A stretch of 63,847 bases of DNA, the filler included, from Stramenopiles sp. TOSAG23-2 (Eukaryota): NCBI GenBank assembly GCA_900128395.1. It is 11 parts of 11 records of this genome, joined end to end, with 100 filler letters (N's around TTAATTAATTAA, not from the genome) between each part and the next. Parts side by side here need not be neighbours in the genome. Positions count along the whole stretch, not along the records: positions 1 to 5,730 come from LT650601.1; positions 5,831 to 11,556 come from LT650602.1; positions 11,657 to 17,376 come from LT650603.1; 8 more parts are not named here. One strand, 5' to 3'. Below are positions 1-11,729 of this stretch, piece after piece. The translations under genes and the position numbers were made by a program. Each line of letters starts with the position of its first letter. Position 1 is the stretch's first letter. Below the pieces are notes generated by a model, which did not search any database, was not told where the DNA came from, and worked only from the letters and a program-made list of their open reading frames with translations.

Positions 1-189
1 GAAATAATTAATACTATTACCTAAACAGAATTGCATAAAATGAAAGAGTGTGAAAAGAATTATTTATGTTGTGTAGATCCCGGGGAATCAAGAGCGGTAA
101 ATGCTCGTTGTGGTTGTTTTTGTTTCTTTTTGGCTGGTCGTCGTAGCCCTTTAACTCGCGATGCTATACTTTCTGAACCTGAAGTATTG

Positions 190-507
190 AAGATAGTGAA
201 AATAGTCAATCACAATCATCTCTTGAGATGTACTCTCCGAGTATTGAAGAGACTCAGAATGAAATAAGCATTGTTGGGCGCAAAATACAATTAACGAAGG
301 ACTATACAACAGGTAATGCAACATTTAAACAAGGAAGTAGAGGGACAGTTATTGAGGCGTAAGGATGGAAAATTGAAAGTTAAACTGGATAACGACAATG
401 AGAAAACATTTAGATTGATTAAAGAATGTGATTTACAACTTTATGAAGGAGTAGCTTCTTCACCTAACTCTAAATCACAGACAGAGGAAGAATCTTTTGA
501 ATACTAA
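190..507 (+). pseudogene. Frameshifted remnant encoding a possible SH3/Tudor-like beta-barrel; its 3' end runs into a dispersed repeat
   Basis: One frame reads EDSENSQ...IVGRKIQLTKDYTTGNATFKQGSRGTVIE. After a 1-nt shift near 357 it continues RKDGKLKVKLDNDNEKTFRLIKECDLQL. The stop codon lies inside the repeat end TCTTTTGAATACTAAATAAT. Confidence 0.35.
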
Positions 508-640
508 ATAATTTACTAAACTTTTATATATATATATATACATATATATCAATGATTATTTAAATCATTTTTGATTTGAGATGTTAATGAACGGGAGCAA
601 AACAAATTTATATAATATATGAGTAAGAGAACGTTTTATA
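493..640 (-). repeat. Dispersed AT-rich repeat family A, copy 1
   Basis: Reverse complement matches TTCTCTTACTCATAT...TTTTACTCCCGTTTATTAACATCTCAAATCAAAAATGATTTA...TTATTTAGTATTCAAAAGA, also seen near 5431, 13851 and 17838. Confidence 0.8.
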
Positions 641-1208
641 TATATATAATATGATACATATCTATCTCACAAAATGTGTCAATAATTCCTGTAACAGAAA
701 ATTACCGAGATGAGGTAAATAGATGTTAAATAGATGTTTATCAACCTCCTGTTGATGAAAAATATGAAGAGGGTGGGGGAATAAATTGTTCGTATACGCT
801 TTGAGCGTAGGAATTGTCATGGGTAGAAAATAAAAAATTAAAATACGCGTATCAGTGCGTACATTTAATATTAATATATATATAATATTACACTCGTATG
901 TACGTACTAATAAAAAATATAAAAATATTTATTTTAATATGGGGTCATATATATATATATTTTTAATAAATAATGTTCAATGAATTTTCCTTTTATATAA
1001 TGTTTCCCTCTCCCCCCCCCACACGTTTAAACTCATACAACACGCACATATATATATATGCTACGAAGTCCGGCATCATATTTTTCGTATTCTCTTCAAA
1101 TATTCTCGATTAAAGCGAAGAACTAAACGACGACGACGCTTCGTATTTTATACTGCCATTGATATGATATATAAGACAAGCAAGAGGCACTCGTAAAGTG
1201 TATGATTT

Positions 1209-2588
1209 TTAAGATTCTTTGGACTCAACTCGTGGCTTTTTACTCGAAGAGTTATCAAGAGATGAGGAATCGCTATTTGAAAGCACGCGCTTCCTATTAT
1301 GATTTACACTATTATAATTATTACGAGTGTCTTTGGAGTGAGATTCTGGTCTATTATGAGAACTGAAAGTGCGCACTTTTACAATAACTTCCCGCCCATC
1401 AAGATTGCGCCCGTTCATCTTATCAATAGCTTTTTGCACACTCCCAGGATGTTCAAACTCAACAAAACCAAAACCTTTCGATTTAGAAGGGTCATGTGGA
1501 AAATATACAACTTTTGCGCTTCTTACCCGCCCTATATTTAATCTTTCAAACGCCTTTCCAAGCGATGTAGAATTTGTTCGGAAGTTTAATTGACCTACAA
1601 ATACCGTACATTCATTTCGCATTTGAATTAAGGTGCCGTCTCCACTTCCTACGCCACCAATACCAGTCCTGCCACCACTGGAAGATAGGCGATGATTCGG
1701 AATGGATAATCGATTTACACGGTGATTTCGATCGCGTACGCCCATACCACCGCTTCTGCCTTGATCCATCATATTGTTCATTCTATCATCCATGTTACGA
1801 CTAAAATAGTTTGGTTTTTGTGATACTGGATAATTGCTTTGACGAATATTGTCTCGAGGTGCATTTTGACTCTCCGCGGCATATTCCACTCTTATGATCC
1901 TGCCTTGAAATCCTTTTCGATCATATTTTTGTACAGCTTCCTTTGCATGATCCGGGCTAACGTATGTGACGAATCCAAAGCCACGTGATTTGGATGGGTT
2001 ATCTTTAAAATATACGATGTTTGTGTCCTCAACCAATCCAATACGACCAAAATAGGACTTTAAATCGCTAGAAGTTGTTTCAAATTTCAAAGAAGACACG
2101 TACAATTTTCGTTTATGCATCAATGTTGTATTTTGATCATTTTTGTTGCCTTCAGGAGAGTATCTATTATGAGTATTACTGCTGCTGCTATTTTTGTGAT
2201 GTTTATAACGCTGATCTGGCTGTCTTAAATTTGACACGTCAGGCTTTGCTTCAGTCTCATTAAATGTTCTACTCATTTTGATAGAATACTTGTTTTGATA
2301 GTTGTATTGGTGTTCCATAGTATCGCTTTGTTTACTATGATATTCCCTGGGACGCTCTTGGTTCATATATTTTCCTGTTGACTCCACGCCATTATATTTA
2401 TTACTATGGTTCCTTTGTGCATTATTATCACCCACGCCTTCATTCATCTGCAGTGATGTATGTTCCCTAGACTCCGATTTTAGTAATGGCTTTTGCCAAG
2501 TTGTTTCGTCAGTGATTTCGTTATGATAATAATATTGTTTATGCTCTTCATTATAATATCTTTTCCAGTTATTCGGTAATTCACTCAT
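1209..2588 (-). CDS. WW-domain + two RRM RNA-binding protein
   Basis: N-terminal LPNNWKRYY..YYYHNEITDETTWQKP (WW). Two RRMs with RNP2/RNP1: LYVSSL...RGFGFVTY and VFVGQL...KGFGFVEF. Confidence 0.9.
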   Translation of the reverse strand: MSELPNNWKRYYNEEHKQYYYHNEITDETTWQKPLLKSESREHTSLQMNEGVGDNNAQRNHSNKYNGVESTGKYMNQERPREYHSKQSDTMEHQYNYQNKYSIKMSRTFNETEAKPDVSNLRQPDQRYKHHKNSSSSNTHNRYSPEGNKNDQNTTLMHKRKLYVSSLKFETTSSDLKSYFGRIGLVEDTNIVYFKDNPSKSRGFGFVTYVSPDHAKEAVQKYDRKGFQGRIIRVEYAAESQNAPRDNIRQSNYPVSQKPNYFSRNMDDRMNNMMDQGRSGGMGVRDRNHRVNRLSIPNHRLSSSGGRTGIGGVGSGDGTLIQMRNECTVFVGQLNFRTNSTSLGKAFERLNIGRVRSAKVVYFPHDPSKSKGFGFVEFEHPGSVQKAIDKMNGRNLDGREVIVKVRTFSSHNRPESHSKDTRNNYNSVNHNRKRVLSNSDSSSLDNSSSKKPRVESKES

Positions 2589-2920
2589 TTCTCATAACTT
2601 TTTTAATAGAAATTATTAAAAAATTTGTTTGAACAGGAAACACAGGTTGGATATACGTAAATATATACACACAAATGCGGCTGAAATTTGCAGGTTATCG
2701 TAACAGCAATCCAAGAAAAATATATCAAATACCGTTATGAGCTTGAGTAGAGATAATAATATCTATATGATATGTATATTATTGTATTATTTTTATAATT
2801 ATACACCACAGTAATATTTTAATAATTTATATATAAAAATTTTAAATTTTATTATATTATTATTATTTTTTTATTATTATTATTATTTCAATTACTGTAT
2901 TATATTCATCATAATAATAC

Positions 2921-3099
2921 GAGCGCTGTTTCTGGATTTTATTCAAATCCAGAAAACCCTACTTAACAACATTTTGATAGGAAAAAAGACTAGTGAGTAA
3001 AGTTAATTAATCTTTACCTACCTGAAATTTAGAATGGACACAGCATTAAATAGCATAGATAGAGCATTAAAAATCTGATAAATTCCAGAAACAGCGCTC
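2921..3099. mobile_element. MITE-like element with 22-bp inverted repeats
   Basis: GAGCGCTGTTTCTGGATTTTAT (2921-2942) vs ATAAATTCCAGAAACAGCGCTC (3078-3099): 21/22 reverse-complement match. No clear target-site duplication. Confidence 0.5.
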
Positions 3100-3317
3100 C
3101 TTCTATTATTATTAATTAATTATTATTAATTAACGCGTGCCCAATTAAGGACTATTTTGGACTAACTTCACCAAACCCATTATATTTATGTTTAACTCTC
3201 GTAATTACAATTTAAATTACTTAAGTAAATATTCAAATCCTTAAAATTTAACGAAAAAAAAATAATAGCACAATATAATATTATCTACCTACTTTTTCTT
3301 TCTCTGTTTTCCTACAG

Positions 3318-3500
3318 CAGTGCTACCTACCCTCTAAACCGGTCAAAAGTGTGCAAACCGGTCAAAACTGTGCACTTAACACTGTTCACTATGGGGGAAA
3401 TATTCATCATTTTTTCTATATTTCCGGATATTTGCTATTTTCCCCAAATATATGAAAAATAAAATTGGTATTTTAGAAAACGATATATATATATTTCCTA
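3318..3500. repeat. Dispersed upstream repeat family B, copy 1
   Basis: CAGTGCTA...TCAAAACTG..CACTTAACACTGTTCACTAT followed by a ~110-bp block; homologous to 38445-38628 and partly to 16609-16655. Confidence 0.7.
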
Positions 3501-4032
3501 AAATACGAAAAATTTCGGAAATCAGCTGTGTTCTAGGTATCTTTAATATTCAAAATACAATATTCACTATTAAATTTTTGTTACTTTTACTACAAAATCC
3601 ACGGTTTCTTTCTAGTTTTTGCCAATAATTGCGGAAATTTCAATTTCTTCTTTCTTTTCTAATTTCTATCCGTCCGTTTAAATACAAAAAAATACTACTA
3701 ATACTCCTTCCAGGCCCTGGGCCGAAACATTTTTCCCCATTTTTGTGGATGGAGGAGGATGATAGGGAATTATTATTGTTTTTATATTATTATTATATTT
3801 AGCCTGGTTAGCCTGTGGTTAGCCGGTTAGCCAGGTGTTAGCACTTTATTATAGTGCTTTATGAAGTTTAAATTAGCTCTCCTGTGTGAGAGCGTCGTGT
3901 GTTCCAGTGTTCCGACTACTAACTTTAAAAAAATAAATAAAAATAATATAAAATTAAACTCTATATAGTACTTGCCATACACAACAACAGTCATACACAA
4001 CAACAACGCTCATTCTGAAACAATTACACACT

Positions 4033-5286
4033 ATGGCTTCAAAGCAAAAACAATGTTGCATATGTGGAGCGTGTACAGCAACTATCTTTCTGATTGTCAT
4101 CCTGGCTACTACCTTTAAAGTACAGAACGAAACAGATGTATGTTTGGAATACGATACAGTAACTCGTGTCATTGATCCTCAACCAAGTACAACACCTGGA
4201 ACTAAAGCTCTCGGGCCGTTTACTGATATCTTATGCTATCCAAAAACCATTCAAAAATTTGAATTTTCAAAAAGTGGGGGGACTGTGTTAAGAACACGTA
4301 CGAAGGAAGGTCTATCAATCGGTCTTGATGTTACGATTGAGTACAAATTTTTAACAGCAAATTTAAAAAACTTATTTGATTTGACAGGACCTTACCCATC
4401 ACCGACTGAGGCTGCTCAAAATCTTTATCGACGTGTAGCTTTACGCACGATTATCAATGTTGCATCCCAATATCCGGCAAACGCATTTCTGTCGGAACAA
4501 CGTGGGAATATTAGTTCTACTATGGCTGCCCATGTAAATCTAGTACTTGTGGAATACCATGCTGTTTTAGAATCATTACAAATGAGAAATATAGCCTTGG
4601 ACACAACTTTTGTAGAAGCTATTGATGATATATTAGGTGAAAAATTACAACAGGCAAAATTAGTGAAAGAACGAGACTCGACTTTAGCAACAGCATATAA
4701 AGCACGACAAGTACAAACTCAACAATATATTTCAAATAGACAAAAACAAGAAATAAATTTAAAGAAAGACATTTCATCTGCTATTTCTAACAGAGTTCAG
4801 GAAAATATATTGGTAAAACAAGTATATGAAAAATCACTTGAGGAAGTGGAAAGTCGCCGGGTTAATAAAATATCAAATAAGAAAGGTTTAGTGCTAGATG
4901 CAAAAATTGCACGTGATGGTATATTGACAAAAGGTGGAAATGATGCAGCTGTCTTGGCAATAACTATGTCCGACTTGTCTGCAGTAACAATTATTGATGC
5001 AAATTCGAAACTAGCAATAGCTAATGCAGAAGCTATTGCAACAGTTAAAAGTGGAGAAGCAAAAGCTACAAAAATTACTTACGAGAAAGATGCTGAAGCG
5101 GATCATTATGGCCATTTACTTTCTGCGGAGATAGGCATGCATACAGACGACGTATTGCGACATGCGTTTTTATCGTCTTTAGAAAAGAAACAACAAGAAG
5201 CGAAGCTATTTGTCGGTTATAAAAAAGTACCAATATTGAGTGAGGCTGGCAAAGATGTTCCATTAATGAAAAAAATTCTTCCATGA
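4033..5286 (+). CDS. SPFH/band-7 (prohibitin-like) membrane protein with coiled-coil tail
   Basis: N-terminal TM helix; band-7 motifs RTKEGLSIGLDVTIEY and LQMRNIALD..FVEAI; AEA-type coiled coil. Confidence 0.8.
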   Translation: MASKQKQCCICGACTATIFLIVILATTFKVQNETDVCLEYDTVTRVIDPQPSTTPGTKALGPFTDILCYPKTIQKFEFSKSGGTVLRTRTKEGLSIGLDVTIEYKFLTANLKNLFDLTGPYPSPTEAAQNLYRRVALRTIINVASQYPANAFLSEQRGNISSTMAAHVNLVLVEYHAVLESLQMRNIALDTTFVEAIDDILGEKLQQAKLVKERDSTLATAYKARQVQTQQYISNRQKQEINLKKDISSAISNRVQENILVKQVYEKSLEEVESRRVNKISNKKGLVLDAKIARDGILTKGGNDAAVLAITMSDLSAVTIIDANSKLAIANAEAIATVKSGEAKATKITYEKDAEADHYGHLLSAEIGMHTDDVLRHAFLSSLEKKQQEAKLFVGYKKVPILSEAGKDVPLMKKILP

Positions 5287-5430
5287 AACGATATGATACG
5301 TACAAAATAACGCGATGGGCCGATATGATATAAGACCCCGTTTATCTGAGTGTGTGCAAAATATGTATAAATATGAACCATATATGTGGTATGATATTAA
5401 ATATATATATATAAAAAATTCTCTTATATA

Positions 5431-5547
5431 TATATGTGTTTTTCTCTTACTCATATGTTATATAAAATTCTTTTACTCCCGTTTATTAACATCTCAAATC
5501 AAAAATGATTTATAAATTTTAGTAAACATTATTTAGTATTCAAAAGA
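5431..5547 (+). repeat. Dispersed repeat family A, copy 2
   Basis: Near-identical to 13885-13975 and to the reverse complement of 17838-17960. Confidence 0.85.
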
Positions 5548-5559
5548 TGTTTCCAAAAG

Positions 5560-5591
<32 letters not shown>

Positions 5592-5730
5592 TAAAAATGT
5601 TCTCTTACTCATATATATATGATCGATATGAAAGTGTGTTTGAGTATCTATAACAAGTAAAGTTTTTATAAACAACTGGAGGCCCCAGGTAGCGTAGCTA
5701 CCGTAGGGACTCCATAGAGTTATGAGGAGA

Positions 5731-5830
5731 NNNNNNNNNNNNNNNNNNNNNNNNNNNNNNNNNNNNNNNNNNNNTTAATTAATTAANNNNNNNNNNNNNN
5801 NNNNNNNNNNNNNNNNNNNNNNNNNNNNNN
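5731..5830. other. Artificial contig linker (N44-TTAATTAATTAA-N44); repeated at 11557, 17377, 23197, 29013, 34828, 40640, 46448, 52250, 58051
   Basis: Identical 100-nt spacer with stop codons in all six frames, between length-sorted contigs. Confidence 0.99.
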
Positions 5831-6510
5831 GTTCTTATACTAACAAGTATAAGAAAGTGGGAACAGTCCGAGATGTTTCGAGAGCGTTAATATAGGAATA
5901 GCATTGAAAAGATAACAATACTATTCCTATGCTATAATGCTATTCCCATTCTAGAAATATTTTGTAAAACTTCTTTGCTCTAAAAATAAAATTCCTATCA
6001 AATGGCATTAATTAATAGTCTAAATTCATATTCAAGTATAATATTAGTGCCATACATTTACATACATAACGAATAGACGACAGCAAGAAATACAACATTC
6101 GGCCAAGAAACCAATATACCTGGGTAGCATAGACACAGTGGGCATTACAACACATGAAAAACACAAATAAAAACATAGAATTACAAACAAACAAATTGTT
6201 GGTACACATTGCAAAATGACCACAGAGATATACACATATGTAAAGAGAAAGAGGAAAAACATTGAACAAGACGAAAAAACGAAAAAAGAATTAAAAAAAC
6301 ATATACAACAATGAGTGACGATAATGTCAAGTGACAGCAAACCAAATATCGTACGACTTAATTAATACAATTGATGATTTTTTATAAAAATTCACCGCTA
6401 TCGAGTGAACCCGACGTCCAGCGCGTTCAACGTTCGAACATGTTGGAAGGATAGAAACCTACTTGTGCTTGTAGAGTATTAGTTTGCAGAGGTGCATTAG
6501 AGCTTTACTA

Positions 6511-6608
6511 TAGTAGGATAACATATTATTCCTTGCGATTGAGTATTGAGCATATTACTTTAACACGAGAAGTGTAAAAATATTATAACTTAGATTTTAA
6601 CCAATATA
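6511..6608 (+). repeat. Dispersed repeat family C copy
   Basis: TAGTAGGATA..GATTGAGTATTGAGCATATTACTTTAACACGAGAAGTGTAAAAATATTATAACTTAGATTTTAACCA; related sequence at 17541-17667 and 14027-14050. Confidence 0.75.
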
Positions 6609-6690
6609 TACTAAAAATTCAAAAAAATATAATTTATAATATGAGATATTACGAAAATTCATAGCTTTTGCAGCTGCTTTTAATAAAAAA

Positions 6691-6894
6691 TCATTTACAC
6701 TTACTTCCAAATTCATCACTGCCATGATTTGCATGATTACGAATTTCAAGTAATTGATCTAAGTTCAAATCAACTGTTAAATAATAATGCGGAACTTCGC
6801 ATTTTGATTGTGTAAGTGCATTTGCGATTGCTATTTGTTCCGGCGATAAAGATAAATCAACACCAGCGGTAGCGGTGGCCCCACAATAAGCCAA
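6691..6894 (-). pseudogene. Isolated fragment of dihydrolipoamide acetyltransferase (PDH E2) catalytic domain
   Basis: IANALTQSKCEVPHYYLTVDLNLDQLLEIR matches the E2 motif IAxRLTxSKxxVPHYYLTVD; the rest of the gene is absent. Confidence 0.7.
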
Positions 6895-7263
6895 AAATTG
6901 TCCGTAGCAATTATATTATCAATTATATTATCAATTATATTAGCCATTATTTCATCAATAAAAGAGAAATTTATTTTAATATAATTAATAGCGAACAATA
7001 CAAATATCCAACTGGGACCCATCCCCAAGTGAGCTTGGGGATTAAGGATATTTTTCAGGATTCCGCTGCACTACACTCAGACAGTTGATAGGATTAATTT
7101 GACTACAAGAAATATTTCAATCAATTCCATTTGTTCCATATTTATTTGTTTAGAGACTAGAGCTAGCCCTGGCTATAGCGGGATCAAGCCACAAGCCACA
7201 GGCTACTATATGGGGTGTCCTAGTTTTCTCAATTTTAAATATTTAAACGCACTTCATTTCTCT

Positions 7264-8078
7264 TCACACTTTTTGTTCATCATCATCAACACCCCGTCTA
7301 ACTTTCTCTTCCGTATTCGTGAGTGTTTCCGACAAACTAGCATTCCATTGTTTCTCGAGTGTTTCATGAATATTTTTATCCAGCTCCCGCATCGCTTCTT
7401 GTTGTTTCTCGTTTGCGATTACCTTCTTCGTATCTTTTGGCAACAATGGGACCAAATGTTTACGAAACAAACGCTCCATGGCATCCAATTCAAAGACGCT
7501 TCTTGTTGTTTCTCGTTTGCGATTACCTTCTTCGTATCTTTTGGCAACAATGGGACCAAATGTTTACGAAACAAACGCTCCATGGCATCCAATTCAAAGA
7601 CATCGATGGGTGGGTCCCAATATTCTCGACGTTCCGGTTGTACCTCTTCTCCGTTCACTTTTCCTTGACGAACATAGGCATAATAATACAAACGATTGTC
7701 ATCCGACAACATGCCAATGGTGTTTGCAGCATCTATCTTTTTATGCAGTTTTCGCTTTGTCGCAGTGTCATTCGCTTCTTTCGACAACTGTAGCATATCT
7801 TCTAGACCGTCTATATGCAATTCGTTGGGTCCGTGTTCGGGGTCTGGCCATTTTTTGGTAAATCCTTTTACCGGTGTCTCTCGACGAAGGTACCAGCCGT
7901 TGTCCAACGGAAATAGTTTTTCTTCGTGGTTTGTCGTTACCACGTCCATGTTGGGTTGAGCAGATACACCAGAACCGGGTATACGTGTCAACATTGCCCA
8001 ATAATGATTCATTTCATTGATGTCTTGAACCATAGATGGTACAGTGATATTTTTCATATGGTCTACAAAGCTCGTCAT
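7264..8078 (-). CDS. Orphan protein (~236 aa once a 104-bp tandem duplication is removed)
   Basis: ORFs 7419-8078 and 7264-7488 join into one frame (711 bp) when one copy of the 7393-7601 duplication is deleted. No recognised domain. Confidence 0.5.
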
Positions 8079-8838
8079 ATTGAATAGTGGCGATGTTGGT
8101 ACGTGTCAACATTGCCCAATAATGATTCATTTCATTGATGTCTTGAACCATAGATGGTACAGTGATATTTTTCATATGGTCTACAAAGCTCGTCATATTG
8201 AATAGTGGCGATGTTGGTTTATAGTCGTAAACGAAAAAGTTGGCGACAAATAATCAAAACGTATCGTTGCAACCGAATAGGTGACGCATAAGTGGCGACC
8301 AACTATACCATCTGTGCAAACGCAACATCATGTATACGCCCTGCACAACTCATTGGTTTTTACCATCAAAATAAACCCCACACGTCTGACTTATCCTTTG
8401 CCAAACTGGTACCTTGTTCGCCAAAAGAGTCTCTCTATGCGTGGGGAACTCCTAAGGATGCTGGTAAGGTGAAGTATACTCACGACGATGGGGCCTTGGT
8501 GTACCGGTTTGAGACCTCTCTACCGCCGTATGAATGGCTCAACATAGCGAGAGGTTGCTATCCGTGGTTGAGCATTTGCCTACGCGTGTAAAAGATTCTA
8601 CTAATTACCTCTTGGATGTTACCAAACGATGCCTTAGTGTTCTAATTTATCTCTTCCTTTTAATTCTGGCTGCAAATAGATGGAGAAAATCCACTATGTG
8701 TATCTACGTCATTGCCAATTGCAGCTTCAAGAGATGGCGGTGATTGCGTCCGACCATTGGGATCAGATCGTGACGTTGCGGGTGGTGGGGTGTGAATGAA
8801 TGGCAGAGCGTCCGTTGCGGGTCTGAATATTAATCTGG

Positions 8839-8985
8839 TCATTGCAACATCAATTCATTTTCTTCAAACACATCTTCTACATCGTCACCATCGTATTTAC
8901 AAGTATATTCTTTTGTTTCTGCATTGTATTTTGCGACTGTTAATATCTTTCTAATGCCACCGAACCCATCAAAATTTCGCAATGT
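8839..8985 (-). pseudogene. Tudor-like domain fragment
   Basis: RNFDGFGGIRKILTVAKYNAETKEYTCKYDGDDVEDVFEENEL*; no in-frame ATG, and an in-frame stop just upstream. Confidence 0.4.
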
Positions 8986-9011
8986 ATTCCTTTAATACAC
9001 CGTGCGCCTAC

Positions 9012-11556
9012 TTAACGACTCATGTACACATACGAAATGAAAGTTATTATTATACATTCAATTTTCATAAATGGCATATTAATATTCCCTCGGCTAAGAA
9101 CTGAAATAGCACTCTCCGATGCAAGTCGTATATTGTTTAAACACGTTCGCGAAGTGTTCGTTAAATCGATACACCATTCATTTGAATTTACATCTTCAAA
9201 ATTCAACGATGCTTGAAACAATTTATCTGACTCTTTCTTTGCTTGAACACTAAATGTTGAAAAATCAACAATCGCTAGAATGCACTCCACAACTTGTGAA
9301 GTAGCAGCAGTTATAAAAAGAATTTTATCATATGAATCCCCATCATCGGATTTAATATCAAGCCAAATTTGTAATATTTCAAGTGCCATAACTCCTAATT
9401 CAATAAAACCAAGAACCGCTGCTGTGCCTAAACTTTCTTCTAATTTAACTAATGTTTCATAATGTTCCGTTCCGTGAACTTTATTTGTACACCCCGCCTC
9501 TTTAAATGTTTTTGCCAACCCAGCTGCTTCAATTGTTGCAATAAGTGCCCATGATTGCAAAAAACAGTCTATTACACCGAGGACTATTAATAACCACCAA
9601 AGCCCTTTTAAGCGCATTGTTTTATCGAATTGCAAATACGAATAGAAATATACAATTGTGGCTATGATGGCCACAATCATATCAGATATATTTAAATTCC
9701 ACAATATTCGAACGAGCGTTTCCAATTTTAACGTTTGTTTGCATTCTGTTTTACACGACTCATGAGATACATGTTCATTTTCTTTTGAAAATAAGGCAAC
9801 TGCGGCTTGTAAACAATATTCTTTATCTTTTACTTTGCATGTTATTTGAGATAACGTATCATCGCGTACTTTAAATTTAATATCGCATTTCATTCCTGTG
9901 CATTCATAACTTCCTGGTTGTATAGCATGCTTTCCAGTGGGACAATTTTTACATGTTGTTTCTGCAGTTTGTCCTTCTACATTGGAATATTTCCCAGCAG
10001 CACATGATGTGCATGCTGTTCTGGCAATTGGTTGCGTTCCTGCATCTGAGTATTTTCCTTTTCCACAATTTTTGCATTCTTTTTGTCCTAATTCGCTGTT
10101 GTATTTTCCTTCAACACATGCTTTACAATTGCTTTCATCTTGTTGGGCTGTTAAATCGTTAAACTTTCCTACAACACATTTTTTACATGCATTCTCTTCA
10201 GATATTTGAGCAATTAAATCATTGTACATTCCAACACCACAGGGTTTACATGATGCTTGTCCTAATAAATCATTGTAGGTTCCTTTTAAACATGATTTGC
10301 ATTCTTGTTGTGCCAATAAATCATTGTACCTCCCCTTTTCACACGATTTACACGATGATTCAGATTCTTGGCCGGTTAAATCGTGGTATTTTCCCGTTTC
10401 ACAACTTTTACATGCACTTTCAGTAGTTTGTTTTAAAACATCATTGTACTTGCCTGTTCCACATGGGATACTTTCTTTACCTGTTGGGCAGTAAAAACCC
10501 ATTGGACATATATCGGTGCATTTAACAACATTGCCTCCATTGGTATATCTTCCATGCGGGCATTTAGCACATTGTTTTGTATTACAAATGCAAGTATTAT
10601 CTTTGCTACAATCAACATTTGATTGAGTATTTGAGTTAAATGTATATTTATTGGATGTAGTGCGAAAACACCCGTACGGTAATGTAGTTGAATCTACGGT
10701 GGTATTGAATCCGGCATTAGTGTCAATATCATTGTCTTTGTTATTTGTTGCTGCAGTTTTGCAATTTGCTTCGGTTGTTATTGGTTCACTGCATGTACCA
10801 CTTTTTGCTTGTATGTAACTATACGCTTCTTCGATTCTGCAATTTACGTTTGTTGTTGCCACGCACGATGAAATGGAAGTTTGTGCATTTCGGTAATCTT
10901 GAGAAAGTGGTTTAATTGAAGGGCATGATGTGCATGTTGTTTGTGCGATGCTATCGGAATATTTACCAACAGCGCAAGGGAGGCAAGATGGTTGATTTTC
11001 TTTATCGCTAAAGGTACCTTTATCACATAGTTTGCAAGATAGTTGATTTTCTTTATCGCTAAAGGTACCTTTTTTACATAGTTTGCATGATTGTTCATTG
11101 AATTTAAATTTACCAGCGGTGCATTGTATTAAGCATGTTACTCCTAATTTACTGTTACCATTGTTTACTGCACTGCATGTGCCAGTAAATGGTTCTTCCG
11201 TGCATAAATTATTTGAACATGTTTTCCATGTTGGTGATCCACTACTATCTTCATAAATATTATTATTATTATTTGGATTGTTAAAATATGTATTTATTAA
11301 TGATATGGTTGGTGAGCTAGATGTATATATTTCATCACCATATACTGCATCATTATCGATAAATGATGATTGACGGAGGATGACTGTAGTGTTATCACCT
11401 GATATATAGAGGCCGCCTCCATTATCACTAGCACCATTATTTGATATGATTGCATTCTTCATATTTACATCACTATTGTATAGATGCATACCGCCACCGT
11501 ATCTAGCTTTATTATTAAATACAATAGATGAATATAAATTTAATTCACCACCGTTT
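9012..11556 (-). CDS. Cys-rich surface protein: POMP-like GGG repeats, GCC2/GCC3 (ephrin-receptor-like) repeats, multi-TM C-terminus; 5' partial
   Basis: NNKARYGGG/NNGASDNGGGLYI repeats; many CxxCxxGKY repeats; hydrophobic helices at the C-terminus; frame open to the contig end. Confidence 0.85.
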
Positions 11557-11656
11557 NNNNNNNNNNNNNNNNNNNNNNNNNNNNNNNNNNNNNNNNNNNN
11601 TTAATTAATTAANNNNNNNNNNNNNNNNNNNNNNNNNNNNNNNNNNNNNNNNNNNN

Positions 11657-11729
11657 TTTTATTTACATCATCAGCATACATAGCAGTTGTTGCCATTGGC
11701 GATAAAGAAAACCCGCCATAATAACTCAT
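11657..11729 (-). CDS. Possible 5' end of an unknown gene truncated by the contig end
   Basis: ATG then MSYYGGFSLSPMATTAMYADDVNK, open to the contig edge. Confidence 0.3.

Noticed and set aside
5731-5830. Regularly spaced TTAATTAATTAA motif about every 5.8 kb
   Set aside because: Artificial linker flanked by Ns; not a biological repeat. Apparent gene neighbourhoods across linkers are meaningless.
6012-6340. Hydrophobic Cys/Phe-rich ORFs
   Set aside because: Low-complexity reading of an A/C-rich intergenic strand with no protein-like features
7393-8218. Possible CRISPR-like repeat array
   Set aside because: Two unrelated tandem duplications with no spacers, in a eukaryotic context with no cas genes
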